Assembly: GCA_965220965.1 (NCBI GenBank) | Contig: OZ244852.1 | Location: forward strand, 576,001 to 640,000 | Length of the DNA stretch: 64,000 bases | Source of the DNA: Candidatus Marinacidobacterium sp. | GTDB taxonomy: Bacteria; Acidobacteriota; Vicinamibacteria; Marinacidobacterales; Marinacidobacteraceae | Direction of reading: 5' to 3' | In this document: in pieces, positions 31,797 to 41,514 of the stretch | Layout of the letters: each line of letters opens with the position of its first letter | Position numbering within the stretch: position 1 is the stretch's first letter | Notes under the pieces: generated by a model | The model's database searches: none | The model's input: only the letters and a program-made list of their open reading frames with translations | Told to the model about the DNA's origin: nothing | Program-made: the position numbers and the translations under genes

Positions 31797-34082
31797 ATGC
31801 AGACGAAGACCCCGACCCCGGAAGAGCTTCCGCCGCCGGCGCGTTCCCGCCGCTCCTGGAGGAGCGCGATGTCCCGGGTTCTGTACCGCTGGCGGGACGG
31901 GCTGTTCGCGCGCACGCGCCTCATGGGCGCCCTCTTCGTTGTCGGCCTGGGAGTGCTGATCTGGCCCGGGCTCGGCTTCGAGCCCGCGCTCTTCGAGGTG
32001 GGGCAGATCGCCCCGCGGACCGTTCGCGCCAGCGACGACTTCACCTACGAGGATGAGGCGACCACCGAGGCCCGGCGGCGGGAAGCGGTGGAGATGGTGC
32101 CCGACGTCTACGACTTCGACGTCCAGGTGCGGGAGGAAGCGCGGCTTCGCATCGCCCGCGCCTTCGAGTTCGGCCGCGCGGCGATCGAGGCGGGCATCGT
32201 GGAGGAGCCGGACTTTCCCGAGACTCTCAACCGAACGATCGGCGCCGAGGTCAGCGCGGAACAGCTCCGGCTGCTTCTCGAAGCGGAGTTCGCCGAGGAG
32301 ATCCAGCAGAACCTCGCGGACGCGGTCACGAGCGTTCTGGCGCGCGAGATCCTCGCGGAGAAGGGCGCTCTCGCCGCGCTCCAGCGACCCATCCAGCGGC
32401 GCGACCCCGGTGGCGGGGGCTCCTCGATCATCGACTTCACGAACGTCCTGTCGCTCGACGAGGCGGCGCGGGCGGTCGATCTCCAGGTCCTGGCGATCTC
32501 GGAACTGGACACGCGGCGGCGCCGGGTTCTGGCCGGGCTGGGGGCGGCGCTGGTCCGTCCCACCCTCGTGCACAACGAGGTCGAGACGACGCACCTCCGG
32601 AGCGCGGCCGAAGAGGCGGTGGATCCGGTCGTCGTCCAGGTGCGCCGCGGAAGAACGATCGTCCGCGCCGGAGACGAGGTGACCCCCCTGGCGCGTCAGC
32701 TCATGGAGGCGCGGAGCTCTCCCTCCCAGGGCGCCACCGTCTGGTCGGGCCTCGGCGCGATGTCCTTCGCGGCCCTGCTCGTCACGCTGCTGGGCGTCCT
32801 CCTGGCGCCGGCCCGGGAGTCTCACCGGTGGAGGGCTCACGCCTTCGTGCTGGCCGGAAGCGTGATCCTGCTTCTGCTGGTCGCGACCCGCGGCGCGGGA
32901 TTCCTCGGGCGGGCGGTCGCCGCGCAGCTCGTCAGCGAACCGTTTTCGAACCCTGCGGTCTATGTCTGGGCGGTGCCGGTGGCCTCGGTGGCGCTGCTGA
33001 TGGTGATCCTCGAGAACCAGACGTCGGCGGTCGTGACCCAGGCGCTGTTCGCCGCCGCCCTGACGCTCATGACGGGGAACCTGACCCTCGGTCTGTTCGC
33101 GCTGCTGACCGGCCTCGCCGCCGTGTTTTTCTACATGCGGTCCCCCGACCGGCGCACCCAGCTTCTCCGGCTCGGGGCGCTCGTCGGTCTGATCGGCGCG
33201 GGGCTGATCCTGGCGCTGGCCCTCGTTCGCGGAGGCTCCGGGGGAGTTCCCGAAGTGGCGCTGGAAGCGGCGACCGCCTTCCTGGGCGGGCTTCTCGTCG
33301 CGCCCCTCGTCACCGTCGTGCTTCCGATCTTCGAGCTGGCGTTCGAGCGCACCAGCGAACTGCGCCTCATGGAGCTCTCGCGGCGCGACAACCCGCTTCT
33401 GCGGCAACTGGCGCTCCGGGCGCCGGGCACCTACCAGCACAGCGTGCTCGTCGGCCTCCTCTCCGAGGCGGCCGCGGACGCCGTCGGCGCGAACTCCTCC
33501 TTCTGCGCGGCGGCGGCGCTCTATCACGACATCGGCAAGCTGGGCCGCGCGAGTTACTTCGTCGAGAACATGCGGGGGAACACCCCCCACGACGGGCTTG
33601 CACCGGAAAAGAGCGCGGACATCATCCGCCGCCACGTGACCGAGGGCATCGAGACCGCCCGGAACCTGAACCTCCCGAAGGACATCGTGGATGTGATCCC
33701 CCAGCACCACGGCACCCGCCTGATCCGGGTGTTCTACGAGAAGGCCAGGGAGGCCGCCGAAGCCAAGGGTGATGTGGTGGACGAGGACGCATTCCGCTAT
33801 CCGGGTCCCCGACCCCAGACGCGCGAGGCCGCGATCATCATGATCGCGGACAGCGTGGAAGCGGCGGCGCGCAGCGTCGAGGAACCCACGCCGGTGAAGT
33901 TCGAGCGCGTCGTGGACCGTATCCTCGGCTCGGTGGTGGAGGACAACCAGCTCGTGGAGTGCGACCTGACGCTCCGCGACATGAACCGGATCCGCACGAG
34001 CTTCCTCTCCACTCTCGCCGGGATCCACCACAAGCGGCTCACCTATCCGGGGTTCGATTTCGGGAGGCCGGCCCGTGCCTGA
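31797..34082 (+). CDS. 7TM-HD membrane phosphohydrolase (PgpH-like cyclic-di-nucleotide phosphodiesterase family)
   Basis: Large extracytoplasmic domain, multiple TMs, then APGTYQHS, YHDIGK, YFVEN, IIRRHV, QHHGT, FRYPGPRP, MIADSVEAA. Confidence 0.9.
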   Translation: MQTKTPTPEELPPPARSRRSWRSAMSRVLYRWRDGLFARTRLMGALFVVGLGVLIWPGLGFEPALFEVGQIAPRTVRASDDFTYEDEATTEARRREAVEMVPDVYDFDVQVREEARLRIARAFEFGRAAIEAGIVEEPDFPETLNRTIGAEVSAEQLRLLLEAEFAEEIQQNLADAVTSVLAREILAEKGALAALQRPIQRRDPGGGGSSIIDFTNVLSLDEAARAVDLQVLAISELDTRRRRVLAGLGAALVRPTLVHNEVETTHLRSAAEEAVDPVVVQVRRGRTIVRAGDEVTPLARQLMEARSSPSQGATVWSGLGAMSFAALLVTLLGVLLAPARESHRWRAHAFVLAGSVILLLLVATRGAGFLGRAVAAQLVSEPFSNPAVYVWAVPVASVALLMVILENQTSAVVTQALFAAALTLMTGNLTLGLFALLTGLAAVFFYMRSPDRRTQLLRLGALVGLIGAGLILALALVRGGSGGVPEVALEAATAFLGGLLVAPLVTVVLPIFELAFERTSELRLMELSRRDNPLLRQLALRAPGTYQHSVLVGLLSEAAADAVGANSSFCAAAALYHDIGKLGRASYFVENMRGNTPHDGLAPEKSADIIRRHVTEGIETARNLNLPKDIVDVIPQHHGTRLIRVFYEKAREAAEAKGDVVDEDAFRYPGPRPQTREAAIIMIADSVEAAARSVEEPTPVKFERVVDRILGSVVEDNQLVECDLTLRDMNRIRTSFLSTLAGIHHKRLTYPGFDFGRPARA

Positions 34083-34626
34083 TCCGGGCGACTCCCCCCC
34101 TCCCGAACCCGCCGACCGTTTTCTGGTCCAGAACCGGCAGCGCGGCTTCGCGGTGGACACCGGCGGTCTGGCCGGTTTCCTCGAGCGGGTCGTGCGCGAC
34201 TTCGCGCCGGGCGACCGGCGCGGCGCGACGCTGCGCCTCGTCTCCGATGTGCGGATGCGGGAGCTGAACCGTCGCTTCCGGGGCCGGGACGCCCCAACCG
34301 ACGTGCTCGCCTTTCCGGCCGATCCACCGATCGGCGCGGAGGCGGAGGTCAGCGATCCGGAGGCCGGAGGCTGGCTCGCGGAGGAGCCCTACCTGGGGGA
34401 TCTGGTGGTCTCCGCGCCCACCGCCGCCCGTCAGGCCGCGGCCTCGGGGTGGGACCTCGATACCGAGCTCCGGACCCTCGCCCTCCACGGGGTCCTCCAC
34501 CTGTTCGGATACGACCATGAGACGGACCGCGGCGAAATGGACCGGCTCGAGGCGCTGCTGCGCAAGCGGCACGGGCTCCCGGTCGGCGCCGTTCTTCCCG
34601 CAGACGCGGGGGCGGGAGCGGCGTGA
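34075..34626 (+). CDS. ybeY: rRNA maturation endoribonuclease YbeY
   Basis: ELNRRFRGRDAPTDVLAF, LGDLVVS, HGVLHLFGYDH. Confidence 0.93.
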   Translation: MPDPGDSPPPEPADRFLVQNRQRGFAVDTGGLAGFLERVVRDFAPGDRRGATLRLVSDVRMRELNRRFRGRDAPTDVLAFPADPPIGAEAEVSDPEAGGWLAEEPYLGDLVVSAPTAARQAAASGWDLDTELRTLALHGVLHLFGYDHETDRGEMDRLEALLRKRHGLPVGAVLPADAGAGAA

Positions 34627-35894
34627 CCGGGATCTGGATCGCCGCGCTCTTCGGCGCGGCGCTGCTCACCGTCCTCGCCGCGCTCTTCGAGATCGCGTTC
34701 TTCGCCTCCAGTCCGATCGCCATCCGGGCCCTCGGCGACCGGGGAGAGGAGGCGCGCGCTCACCGGGAGCGCCTCGCGGACCCGCTCGCCGTGCTGATCC
34801 CCGCCCGCGGCGGGCTTCTCATGGGGGCGGCGATCGCCTCGGTCGCGCTGAATCGCGCCGGGTTCGCCGAAGGCGCCGCGTCGCTGGCGTGGGCGTTCGG
34901 CGTGTCCGCCGCCGGATGGTTCCTGCTCCGCGAGGTCATCCCGGCGGCGGTTCTGCTCCGGGATCCCGAGGACGTGTTGCGCCGGCTGTCGCCCTGGTTC
35001 CGGGCCTGGGAGCGGATCTCGCGTCCGCTGGCCGAGCCGCTGCGCCGGGCTTTGAGGCGTTTCTTCCCGCTTTCTCCCGAGCCGGATGACGAAGCCACCG
35101 ACGAGGAGGTGGCGGCGTTCCTCGAGACCGGGGAGGAGGAGGGCATCCTGGAAGAGGATGAGGCGGAGATGGTGCGCGGGGTGCTGGAGCTCGACGAGAC
35201 GCTGGTGCGGGAGGTCATGACGCCCCGTCCCCAGGTCGTCTCGGTGGATGGCGGGGCGTCGGTGGCGGCGGTCGAGGCGGTCGTCGCCGAGAGCCGCCAC
35301 CACCGGATCCCGGTGTTTGGCGAGGGCGACCGGGTGCTGGGAATCGTGGACTGCGTGGACCTGATCGCGGTGGGCCCGCACCAGCGGAGACGGCGCGCCA
35401 CGAGCGGCATCGGCCCCCTGGTCCGGCAGGTGCCGGTCGTGCCGGAGACCAAGCGGGTTGACGACCTGCTCCGGGAGTTCCGGACGACCCGGCAGACGTT
35501 CGCCGTCGTCGTCGACGAGCACGCCAGCGTCTCGGGCATCGTCACGTTGCGCGACATCTCCGAGGAGGTCGTGGGCGAAGTCCACGAGGACGCGCCGCCG
35601 CCCGAGGCCGGGATCGTCCCGGAGACCGGAGGGTTCTTTCTGGTCCGCGGCTCCGCCGAGTTGGACGACGTGTGCCGGGCGACCGGCTTCGAGCTTCCCG
35701 AATCGCTGAACGGGGCCGGGTTCGACACGGTGTCCGGCTTCGTGCTCGCGGCGTGGGGGCGCATTCCGGCCGTGGGGGAGACCATCCGGCGGGAGGGCCT
35801 GCGCATCGAGGTCGTCGAGGCGGATGAGCGGCGCGTCCACCGGGTCCGGATCGGGCCGGAGACCGGCGCCGACGACGACGACGGGGAACGCTGA
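34623..35894 (+). CDS. CNNM/CorC-HlyC family transporter (DUF21-CBS-CorC)
   Basis: N-terminal TMs, VREVMTPR, HRIPVF, VPETKRVDDLLREF, VVDEH..VSGIVTL.DI.EEVVGE, FDTVSGFV. Confidence 0.88.
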   Translation: MTGIWIAALFGAALLTVLAALFEIAFFASSPIAIRALGDRGEEARAHRERLADPLAVLIPARGGLLMGAAIASVALNRAGFAEGAASLAWAFGVSAAGWFLLREVIPAAVLLRDPEDVLRRLSPWFRAWERISRPLAEPLRRALRRFFPLSPEPDDEATDEEVAAFLETGEEEGILEEDEAEMVRGVLELDETLVREVMTPRPQVVSVDGGASVAAVEAVVAESRHHRIPVFGEGDRVLGIVDCVDLIAVGPHQRRRRATSGIGPLVRQVPVVPETKRVDDLLREFRTTRQTFAVVVDEHASVSGIVTLRDISEEVVGEVHEDAPPPEAGIVPETGGFFLVRGSAELDDVCRATGFELPESLNGAGFDTVSGFVLAAWGRIPAVGETIRREGLRIEVVEADERRVHRVRIGPETGADDDDGER

Positions 35895-36833
35895 TTGGAT
35901 CCCGGACCGGGCCTCCCGGCGGGCGCGGAGTCGACCGGCGCCGGCCACCGGGCGGGCTTCGTGGCGATCGTTGGTCTGCCCGGGGCGGGGAAGTCGACGC
36001 TGCTGAACCGGCTCGTCGGAACCCGGCTCGCCATCGTCACGAAGAAGCCCCAGACGACGCGTCGGCGGATCCTCGGGATCGTCCGCCGGCCGGGCCTCGA
36101 GCTGGTGCTGCTGGACACGCCCGGGATTCACCGCCCGAAGACGGGACTCGGACGGGCGATGATGCGGGCGGTCGCCGAGAGCCTCGGGGGGGCGGATGTG
36201 GCGCTCGCGGTGGTGGACGCCCGGCTTCCCTTCTCGGGCGAGTCCGCCGGCCTGTTGCGGCGTCTTTCCGGTTTCGCCGGCCCGCGCGTCATCGGGCTGA
36301 ACAAGACCGACGCCGCTTCCGCGGACCGGGTGGCCGAACTGGCCGCGCTCTACCGGGAGCGGGAGGCGGGGGAGATCGCGCGCTTTTCGGCCCGAACCGG
36401 ATCGGGGCTTGAAGGGGGTGGCCACGGGTCGCTGATGGAGGTTCTGGGAGCCCGCATCCCGCTGAGCCCTCCGCTCTACGAGGAGGGGCAGATCACCGAC
36501 CTGCCCGAAGCGTTCTTCGCCTCCGAGATCGTTCGCGAGCGCATGCTGGTGAACCTGCGCCAGGAGGTTCCGCATGCGGCGGCGGTCCGGATCGAGGAGT
36601 ACGACGGCGGGGGCGAACTCGTGCGGATCACCGCTTCCATCCTCCTGGATCGCGACTCGCAGCGCGGCATCGTGATCGGACGCGGCGGCAGGATGCTCAA
36701 GAAGATCGGCTCGGAAGCTCGCATATCGATCGAAAAACGGCTCCGCCGACGCGTTTTCCTCGGTCTCCAGGTCAAGGTGCGTCCACGCTGGCGCGACAAC
36801 CCCGGAATTCTCCGGGATCTGGGGCTCACATGA
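35895..36833 (+). CDS. era: GTPase Era
   Basis: GFVAIVGLPGAGKSTLLN, KPQTTR, DTPG, NKTD, EIVRE...QEVPH, KH domain SQRGIVIGRGG. Confidence 0.93.
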   Translation: MDPGPGLPAGAESTGAGHRAGFVAIVGLPGAGKSTLLNRLVGTRLAIVTKKPQTTRRRILGIVRRPGLELVLLDTPGIHRPKTGLGRAMMRAVAESLGGADVALAVVDARLPFSGESAGLLRRLSGFAGPRVIGLNKTDAASADRVAELAALYREREAGEIARFSARTGSGLEGGGHGSLMEVLGARIPLSPPLYEEGQITDLPEAFFASEIVRERMLVNLRQEVPHAAAVRIEEYDGGGELVRITASILLDRDSQRGIVIGRGGRMLKKIGSEARISIEKRLRRRVFLGLQVKVRPRWRDNPGILRDLGLT

Positions 36834-36894
36834 ACCACCCGCTGCGGGGCCCGGCGGCCGGCGCGCAGCCGGCCCGGAAACCACCGGCGTTTTC

Positions 36895-36923
36895 TTGACT
36901 GCGGGGGCGGCGCGACCTATCGT
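36895..36923 (+). promoter_or_regulatory. Sigma70-type promoter TTGACT-N17-TATCGT for the rpsP operon
   Basis: Near-consensus -35 and -10 with an exact 17-nt spacer. Confidence 0.7.
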
Positions 36924-36967
36924 TCGCGCTCTCGGAAGGCCGGTACATGGTCGGCCGTCGCCACCTC

Positions 36968-37303
36968 ATGCTCAACATCCGCCTCGCCCGCACCGGCCGG
37001 AAACGGGACGCCCACTTTCGGGTCGTGGTCTCCGATTCGGCGCACGGCCGGGTGGGACGCATCGTCGAGACCGTGGGCCACTACCACCCCCGCATGCCGG
37101 ACGGCGCGGAGGGGCGGCTCGCGGTGAACACCGACCGGACGCGCTACTGGATCGGCCAGGGCGCGAAGCCGAGCACCACGGTGCGAAACCTGCTCAAGCG
37201 GGCCGGCGCCCCGGACGAGACCCCGGACGAGCCCGCCCCGCAGGCGACGGCCGAAACCACCGAGCAGGCGAAGGCCGAGCCCACCGAGCAGGCGAGCGAC
37301 TGA
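36968..37303 (+). CDS. rpsP: 30S ribosomal protein S16
   Basis: MLNIRLARTGRK..HFRVVVSDS...GRIVETVGHYHP...YWIGQGAKPSTTV; acidic C-terminal tail. Confidence 0.93.
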   Translation: MLNIRLARTGRKRDAHFRVVVSDSAHGRVGRIVETVGHYHPRMPDGAEGRLAVNTDRTRYWIGQGAKPSTTVRNLLKRAGAPDETPDEPAPQATAETTEQAKAEPTEQASD

Positions 37304-37405
37304 CCTGCGGGGGCGCTCCCCCAGGCGGTTCGCTTCCCGGCCTCCCGGCCAGACCACCCCGCCACTCCTCCATCTCCAGCGCGTGACCAGCCGGCTCCCG
37401 ACATC

Positions 37406-37996
37406 ATGGCCGCCACGATGCCCCCCGACGCCGGGTCGGAGCGAGCCAGCCTCGAGGCCGCCGACGTGGTCGTTGGTCATGTGGTCCGTCCGTTCGGTCG
37501 CCGCGGCGAAGTCGTCATCGAGCCGCTGACCGACGACGTCCGGCGCTTCTTCGACTTCTCCGCTGTAGACCTGGGCCTCCCCGGGCGGGAGGGAGTTCGC
37601 CGGGCGGTCGAGTCGGTCCGGCTGCTCAAGGGACGCCCCGTCGTCCGGTTCGCCGGCGCCAGCGACATTCCCGGAGCGGAGGCCCTCCGCGGACAGGAAG
37701 TGAGGATCCACGCTTCCGAACGCGCCGCGCCGCCGGAGGACCACTACTACCTCGACGACCTGGTCGGCTGCGTCGCGCAGGGGCGCGACGGCCGCCGGCT
37801 GGGGGAGATCACCGGCGTCGAGGACACCGCCGGCCCCAGCCTTCTCGTGCTCCGGGACGACCGGGGGGCGGAACACCTGGTTCCGTTCGTGGAAGCGCTG
37901 TGCGTCGAGGTGGATGCGCCCGGCGCCCTGCTCGTCATGGATCTGCCGGAAGGCCTCCTCGGGCTGAACGACCGGGCCGGGACGACAGGCTCCTGA
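37406..37996 (+). CDS. rimM: Ribosome maturation factor RimM
   Basis: VVGHVVRPFGRRGEV, AEALRG, YYLDDLVGC, LVPFV, DLPEGLL; operon position. Confidence 0.92.
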   Translation: MAATMPPDAGSERASLEAADVVVGHVVRPFGRRGEVVIEPLTDDVRRFFDFSAVDLGLPGREGVRRAVESVRLLKGRPVVRFAGASDIPGAEALRGQEVRIHASERAAPPEDHYYLDDLVGCVAQGRDGRRLGEITGVEDTAGPSLLVLRDDRGAEHLVPFVEALCVEVDAPGALLVMDLPEGLLGLNDRAGTTGS

Positions 37997-37998
37997 AG

Positions 37999-38793
37999 AT
38001 GCGCGTTGACATCCTGACGCTGTTCCCGGGTATGTTCGGGGAGGTCTTCGACCACGGGATCGTCCGCCGCGCGCAGCGGGCCGGCCTCCTCCGGATCGGA
38101 GTTCACGATCTCACCGACTGGACCGCGGGCCGGTTCCAGCGCGCCGACGACGCGCCCTACGGCGGGGGCCCCGGCATGGTGATGCGGGTCGAGCCGCTGG
38201 TCGCCGGATGGGAGGCGATCCGGGAGCTGGCCCCCGACCAGCCGCGCACCGTTCTCCTGTCCCCCCGGGGCCGCCGCCTCGATCAGGATCTCGTCGCCGA
38301 CCTCGCGGCTTCGCCACGGCTCCTGCTGGTGGCCGGCCGCTACGAGGGGGTCGACGAGCGGTTCCGGGCGCTCACCGGCGCCGAGGAAGTGTCCGTTGGC
38401 GACTACGTCCTCTCAGGGGGCGAGATCCCGGCCATGATCCTCGTGGACGCCGTGACCCGGCTGATTCCGGGCGCGGTGGGGGACTCCGATTCGGTGGCCC
38501 AGGAGTCCTTCAGCGAGGGGCTGCTGGAGCACGCCCAGTACACTCGCCCGGCGGAGTTCCGGGGAGTTCACGTCCCCGAAGTGCTGCTTTCCGGCGACCA
38601 CGCGGCGGTCCGGCGATTCCGTCTCGATGACTCGCTCGCGCTGACCCGGGAGCGCCGCCCCGATCTCTACGCCGCCTACCGCGGCGCGGCCGACGCCGCG
38701 CCCGGCGCGACCTGTCCCGATGAGCCCGGGACAGGAGCCCTGCAGCCCCCCGGCGCCGCGCCGGCGGGCCTCTCCCAGGAGACCACCCGATGA
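37999..38793 (+). CDS. trmD: tRNA (guanine37-N1)-methyltransferase
   Basis: ILTLFP, DDAPYGGGPGMVM, LLSPRG, GRYEGVDER, SVGDYVLSGGE, YTRP, VPEVLLSGDH. Confidence 0.97.
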   Translation: MRVDILTLFPGMFGEVFDHGIVRRAQRAGLLRIGVHDLTDWTAGRFQRADDAPYGGGPGMVMRVEPLVAGWEAIRELAPDQPRTVLLSPRGRRLDQDLVADLAASPRLLLVAGRYEGVDERFRALTGAEEVSVGDYVLSGGEIPAMILVDAVTRLIPGAVGDSDSVAQESFSEGLLEHAQYTRPAEFRGVHVPEVLLSGDHAAVRRFRLDDSLALTRERRPDLYAAYRGAADAAPGATCPDEPGTGALQPPGAAPAGLSQETTR

Positions 38794-39239
38794 CCTCCAC
38801 GGAAACCGAGCCCCTTCCCGCCGACGAGGCGAGCCCCGAGGGGGCGCTGGCTCTCGCCAGCGAGACTCCCCCCGAGGCCGCCTCCCCGTCCGGGGTCGAG
38901 ATCATTCGCGAGCTGGAGGCCACCGATCTGCGTTCGGACCGGCCGGATCTTCGCCCGGGCGACGCGATCCGGGTCCACGCAACGATCCGGGAGGGAGATC
39001 GCGAGCGCATCCAGGTGTTCGAAGGCATCCTGATTGCGATGAAGCACGGTGGAAACCGGCGCACGATCACCGTGCGCAAGACCTCCTTCGGGGTCGCGGT
39101 GGAGCGGATCTTCCCGCTGCATTCGCCGCTGGTCGCGAAGATCGAGGTCGTCCGCTCCCACCATGTGCGACGCGCCAAGCTCTATTTCCTCCGCAAGCGG
39201 AAGGGCAAGGCGGCGCGTCTGCGCGAGAAGCGCCGCTGA
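38790..39239 (+). CDS. rplS: 50S ribosomal protein L19
   Basis: RPGDAIRVH..IREGDRERIQVFEG, TVRKTSFGVAVERIFP, VRRAKLYFLR; acidic N-terminal extension. Confidence 0.96.
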   Translation: MTSTETEPLPADEASPEGALALASETPPEAASPSGVEIIRELEATDLRSDRPDLRPGDAIRVHATIREGDRERIQVFEGILIAMKHGGNRRTITVRKTSFGVAVERIFPLHSPLVAKIEVVRSHHVRRAKLYFLRKRKGKAARLREKRR

Positions 39240-39319
39240 GGCCGGAGGCTCGCGAGGCCCGGAAGTGCGGGGCCGCCCGATTTCCTCTCGGCGCGCCGGC
39301 CAGACCGGTCGCGTGCGCG

Positions 39320-39910
39320 GTGACGCCGCTGCGCGGTCTCGATCCCGCTCATCTCGCGGCGCTTCGCCGGGTCGGGGTGGACTACTTCCAGTTGCGCGAT
39401 CGAACCGCCTCCGACCGCGAGTTCGAGACCTTTCTGGAGCGGCTGGAAGCGGAGGCGCCGGATGTCCTGTCCCGGGTGCTGGTGAACGACCGGCTGGCGC
39501 TCGCCGCTTCCTTCCCGGTCGCGGGCGTTCATCTTCCCGAGAGCGGGTTCCCGCCCTCTCCGGTGCGGTCGCGCTTTCCTCCGGGCCGCCTGCTCGTGGG
39601 ACGGTCGGTCCACTCGCTCGCGGGAGCGGCGCAGGCCGCCGCCGAGGGAGCGGACTACCTGATTCTGGGCCCCTTCGCGCCCACCCGGGACGCGGTGACC
39701 GGCCCCAAGGCTCCGCTGCCGCTTGCGGTCTTTGCGGAAACGGCCGCGACCGTCCCGATCCCGGTGTGGGCCATCGGGGGGCTCTCGGCCGCGACGGTCG
39801 GGGGGCTGCGGGGCGCCGGCGTCTCCGGCGTCGCGGCGATCCGCGGCTTCTCATCCCCCGAGACCGCCGCCGCCCTGGTGTCCGCCATGCGCCGGACCCT
39901 CGCTTCGTGA
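39320..39910 (+). CDS. Thiamine-phosphate synthase / TenI-family protein
   Basis: GVDYFQLRDR, LVNDR, GVHLP, GRSVHS, GADYLILGP, IPVWAIGGL, GVAAIR; the true start may lie up to about 80 nt upstream. Confidence 0.8.
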   Translation: MTPLRGLDPAHLAALRRVGVDYFQLRDRTASDREFETFLERLEAEAPDVLSRVLVNDRLALAASFPVAGVHLPESGFPPSPVRSRFPPGRLLVGRSVHSLAGAAQAAAEGADYLILGPFAPTRDAVTGPKAPLPLAVFAETAATVPIPVWAIGGLSAATVGGLRGAGVSGVAAIRGFSSPETAAALVSAMRRTLAS

Positions 39911-39966
39911 CCCTCCGTATGGGCGGTGAGGCCGCGCGGCTCCGGTACAGTAGGCGGGTTGGCCTC

Positions 39967-41514
39967 ATGACCGCCCTTGCGGCAGCCGTCGCGCTGTTCG
40001 GGATGTCTGCAGGAGCCCAGCCCGGCCCCGACCCCGAACTGGAGAACGCCGCGGAGCGCCGGTTCCTGAGCGCCGAACAGTTCTACGCGGGCGGCCGCCA
40101 CGCCCAGGCGCTCCGGGACTTCGAGGCGATTCTGGACTCCATGGCCACCACCCGGGTCGCCGACGATGCGGCGCTCCGGATCGCCCGCCACCGGTTCGAG
40201 ATGGAGGGGGATGAAGCCGCCGCCGAGACGATGGTGGACCGTCTGCTGCGCGAGTTTCCCGCCGGAGACGCCGTGCCGGGCGCCCACTTCCTCCGCGGCG
40301 AGATCGCGGCCGCCGCGACGCCGCCGCGTCTCCTGGATGCCCGCGCCGACTTCGAACGGGTCCTCACATCGGCCGGTCCCGCGGAAACGGCCTGGTCCTT
40401 CGACGCCCTGGTCGGCATCGCCGACATCGCCCTGGCGCTGATGGACGACGAAGCCGCCGCCGGCGCGCTGCTCGCCGCGCTCCACGAAACGGCTCCGGCG
40501 CCAGGGGATCGGGCCGCCCGCCGCGAGGCGCGCCTGCTGCTCGCCCGCGCGCTGGCGCGTCAGGGAAACACCGGCGCGGCGCTCACCGAGATCGCCGGGC
40601 TTCGCGCCGAAGCGCTCGACGTGATCGCCACCGCCGATCCGGGGTCGGAGGCGGCGGTCGCCGCCGCGGCGCTGGCCGAGCGGGCGTCGGACTTCGCCAC
40701 GCTGCTCGGTCGGTTCGGACGGCGCGGCGCTCCGGAGTGGCGGGTGGCTGGCGCCCTCAGTCCTCCAAGGCGGCTGGACGAACCGGTCCGCCTCCGTTTC
40801 GCCGACGGGCAGCTTCATGTGCTGGACCGCGACCTGGAGGAGCTCCAGAGCCTCTCCCTCGAGGCGGAGTTCGTCCGCGCCTTCGGGCTCGACGATCCCC
40901 GGGACGTCGCGTTCACGCTGGAAGTGAGTTCTCCTGCGGGCGAACCCCTGGCGATCGTGGCCGCCGAAGACATCCTCGGCCTTGGCGGCAACGTGCTTCC
41001 GATGGAGGCGCCCGCCACCCGGCGCGCCCGGCCGCTCGACCGGATGCGCGCCGTCACCGCCTCCCTGGAGGGGTTCTGGGTGTGGGACGACCGCGAGAAG
41101 GCGGTGTTCTCCTTCGCCCTCTCCGGGGCCTCGCTCGGTCGCACTCCGCATGGTCCGCTCGAGGACGTTCTGCGGATCGGGCGCCATCCCGCCGGGTGGC
41201 TCATGGTGATCGACGAGGAGCAGGGCGTGCTCGCCTTCGACGCCGACGGGGCCCGGATCTTCCAGGTGGCGCCCGACGCCGGGATGCCGGAGCCGGTGGA
41301 CTTCGCGTTCGATGAGCTCGGGAACCTCTACGTGCTCGAGCGGAGCGGGCCGACGCTCTCGGTTCGCGACGCCTCGTTCCGTCCGGTTGTGACGCTCCGC
41401 GGGTCCGAGTGGACCGGGGGGCAGGTGCGGGAGCCGATCTCGCTGGATGTGGGTCCCGACGGGACGCTGTTCATCCTGGACGAGGCCACGCGCGCCGTGG
41501 TGGTGCTCGAATGA
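39967..41514 (+). CDS. Exported protein with N-terminal TPR (BamD/YfiO-like) helices and C-terminal NHL-like beta-propeller
   Basis: Signal peptide MTALAAAVALFGMSAGA; ADDAALRIA, LLREFPAGDAVPGAHFLRG; EPVDFAFDELGNLYVLE, EPISLDVGPDGTLFILD; TACAGT -10 at 39946-39951 supports the start. Confidence 0.75.
   Translation: MTALAAAVALFGMSAGAQPGPDPELENAAERRFLSAEQFYAGGRHAQALRDFEAILDSMATTRVADDAALRIARHRFEMEGDEAAAETMVDRLLREFPAGDAVPGAHFLRGEIAAAATPPRLLDARADFERVLTSAGPAETAWSFDALVGIADIALALMDDEAAAGALLAALHETAPAPGDRAARREARLLLARALARQGNTGAALTEIAGLRAEALDVIATADPGSEAAVAAAALAERASDFATLLGRFGRRGAPEWRVAGALSPPRRLDEPVRLRFADGQLHVLDRDLEELQSLSLEAEFVRAFGLDDPRDVAFTLEVSSPAGEPLAIVAAEDILGLGGNVLPMEAPATRRARPLDRMRAVTASLEGFWVWDDREKAVFSFALSGASLGRTPHGPLEDVLRIGRHPAGWLMVIDEEQGVLAFDADGARIFQVAPDAGMPEPVDFAFDELGNLYVLERSGPTLSVRDASFRPVVTLRGSEWTGGQVREPISLDVGPDGTLFILDEATRAVVVLE

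Noticed and set aside
30712-36833. phoH-7TM/HD-ybeY-corC-era cluster as a new system
   Set aside because: A widely conserved, already described gene neighbourhood
39240-39320. TPP riboswitch before the thiE-like gene
   Set aside because: No CTGAGA/ACCTG-type TPP core seen; the stretch may be coding
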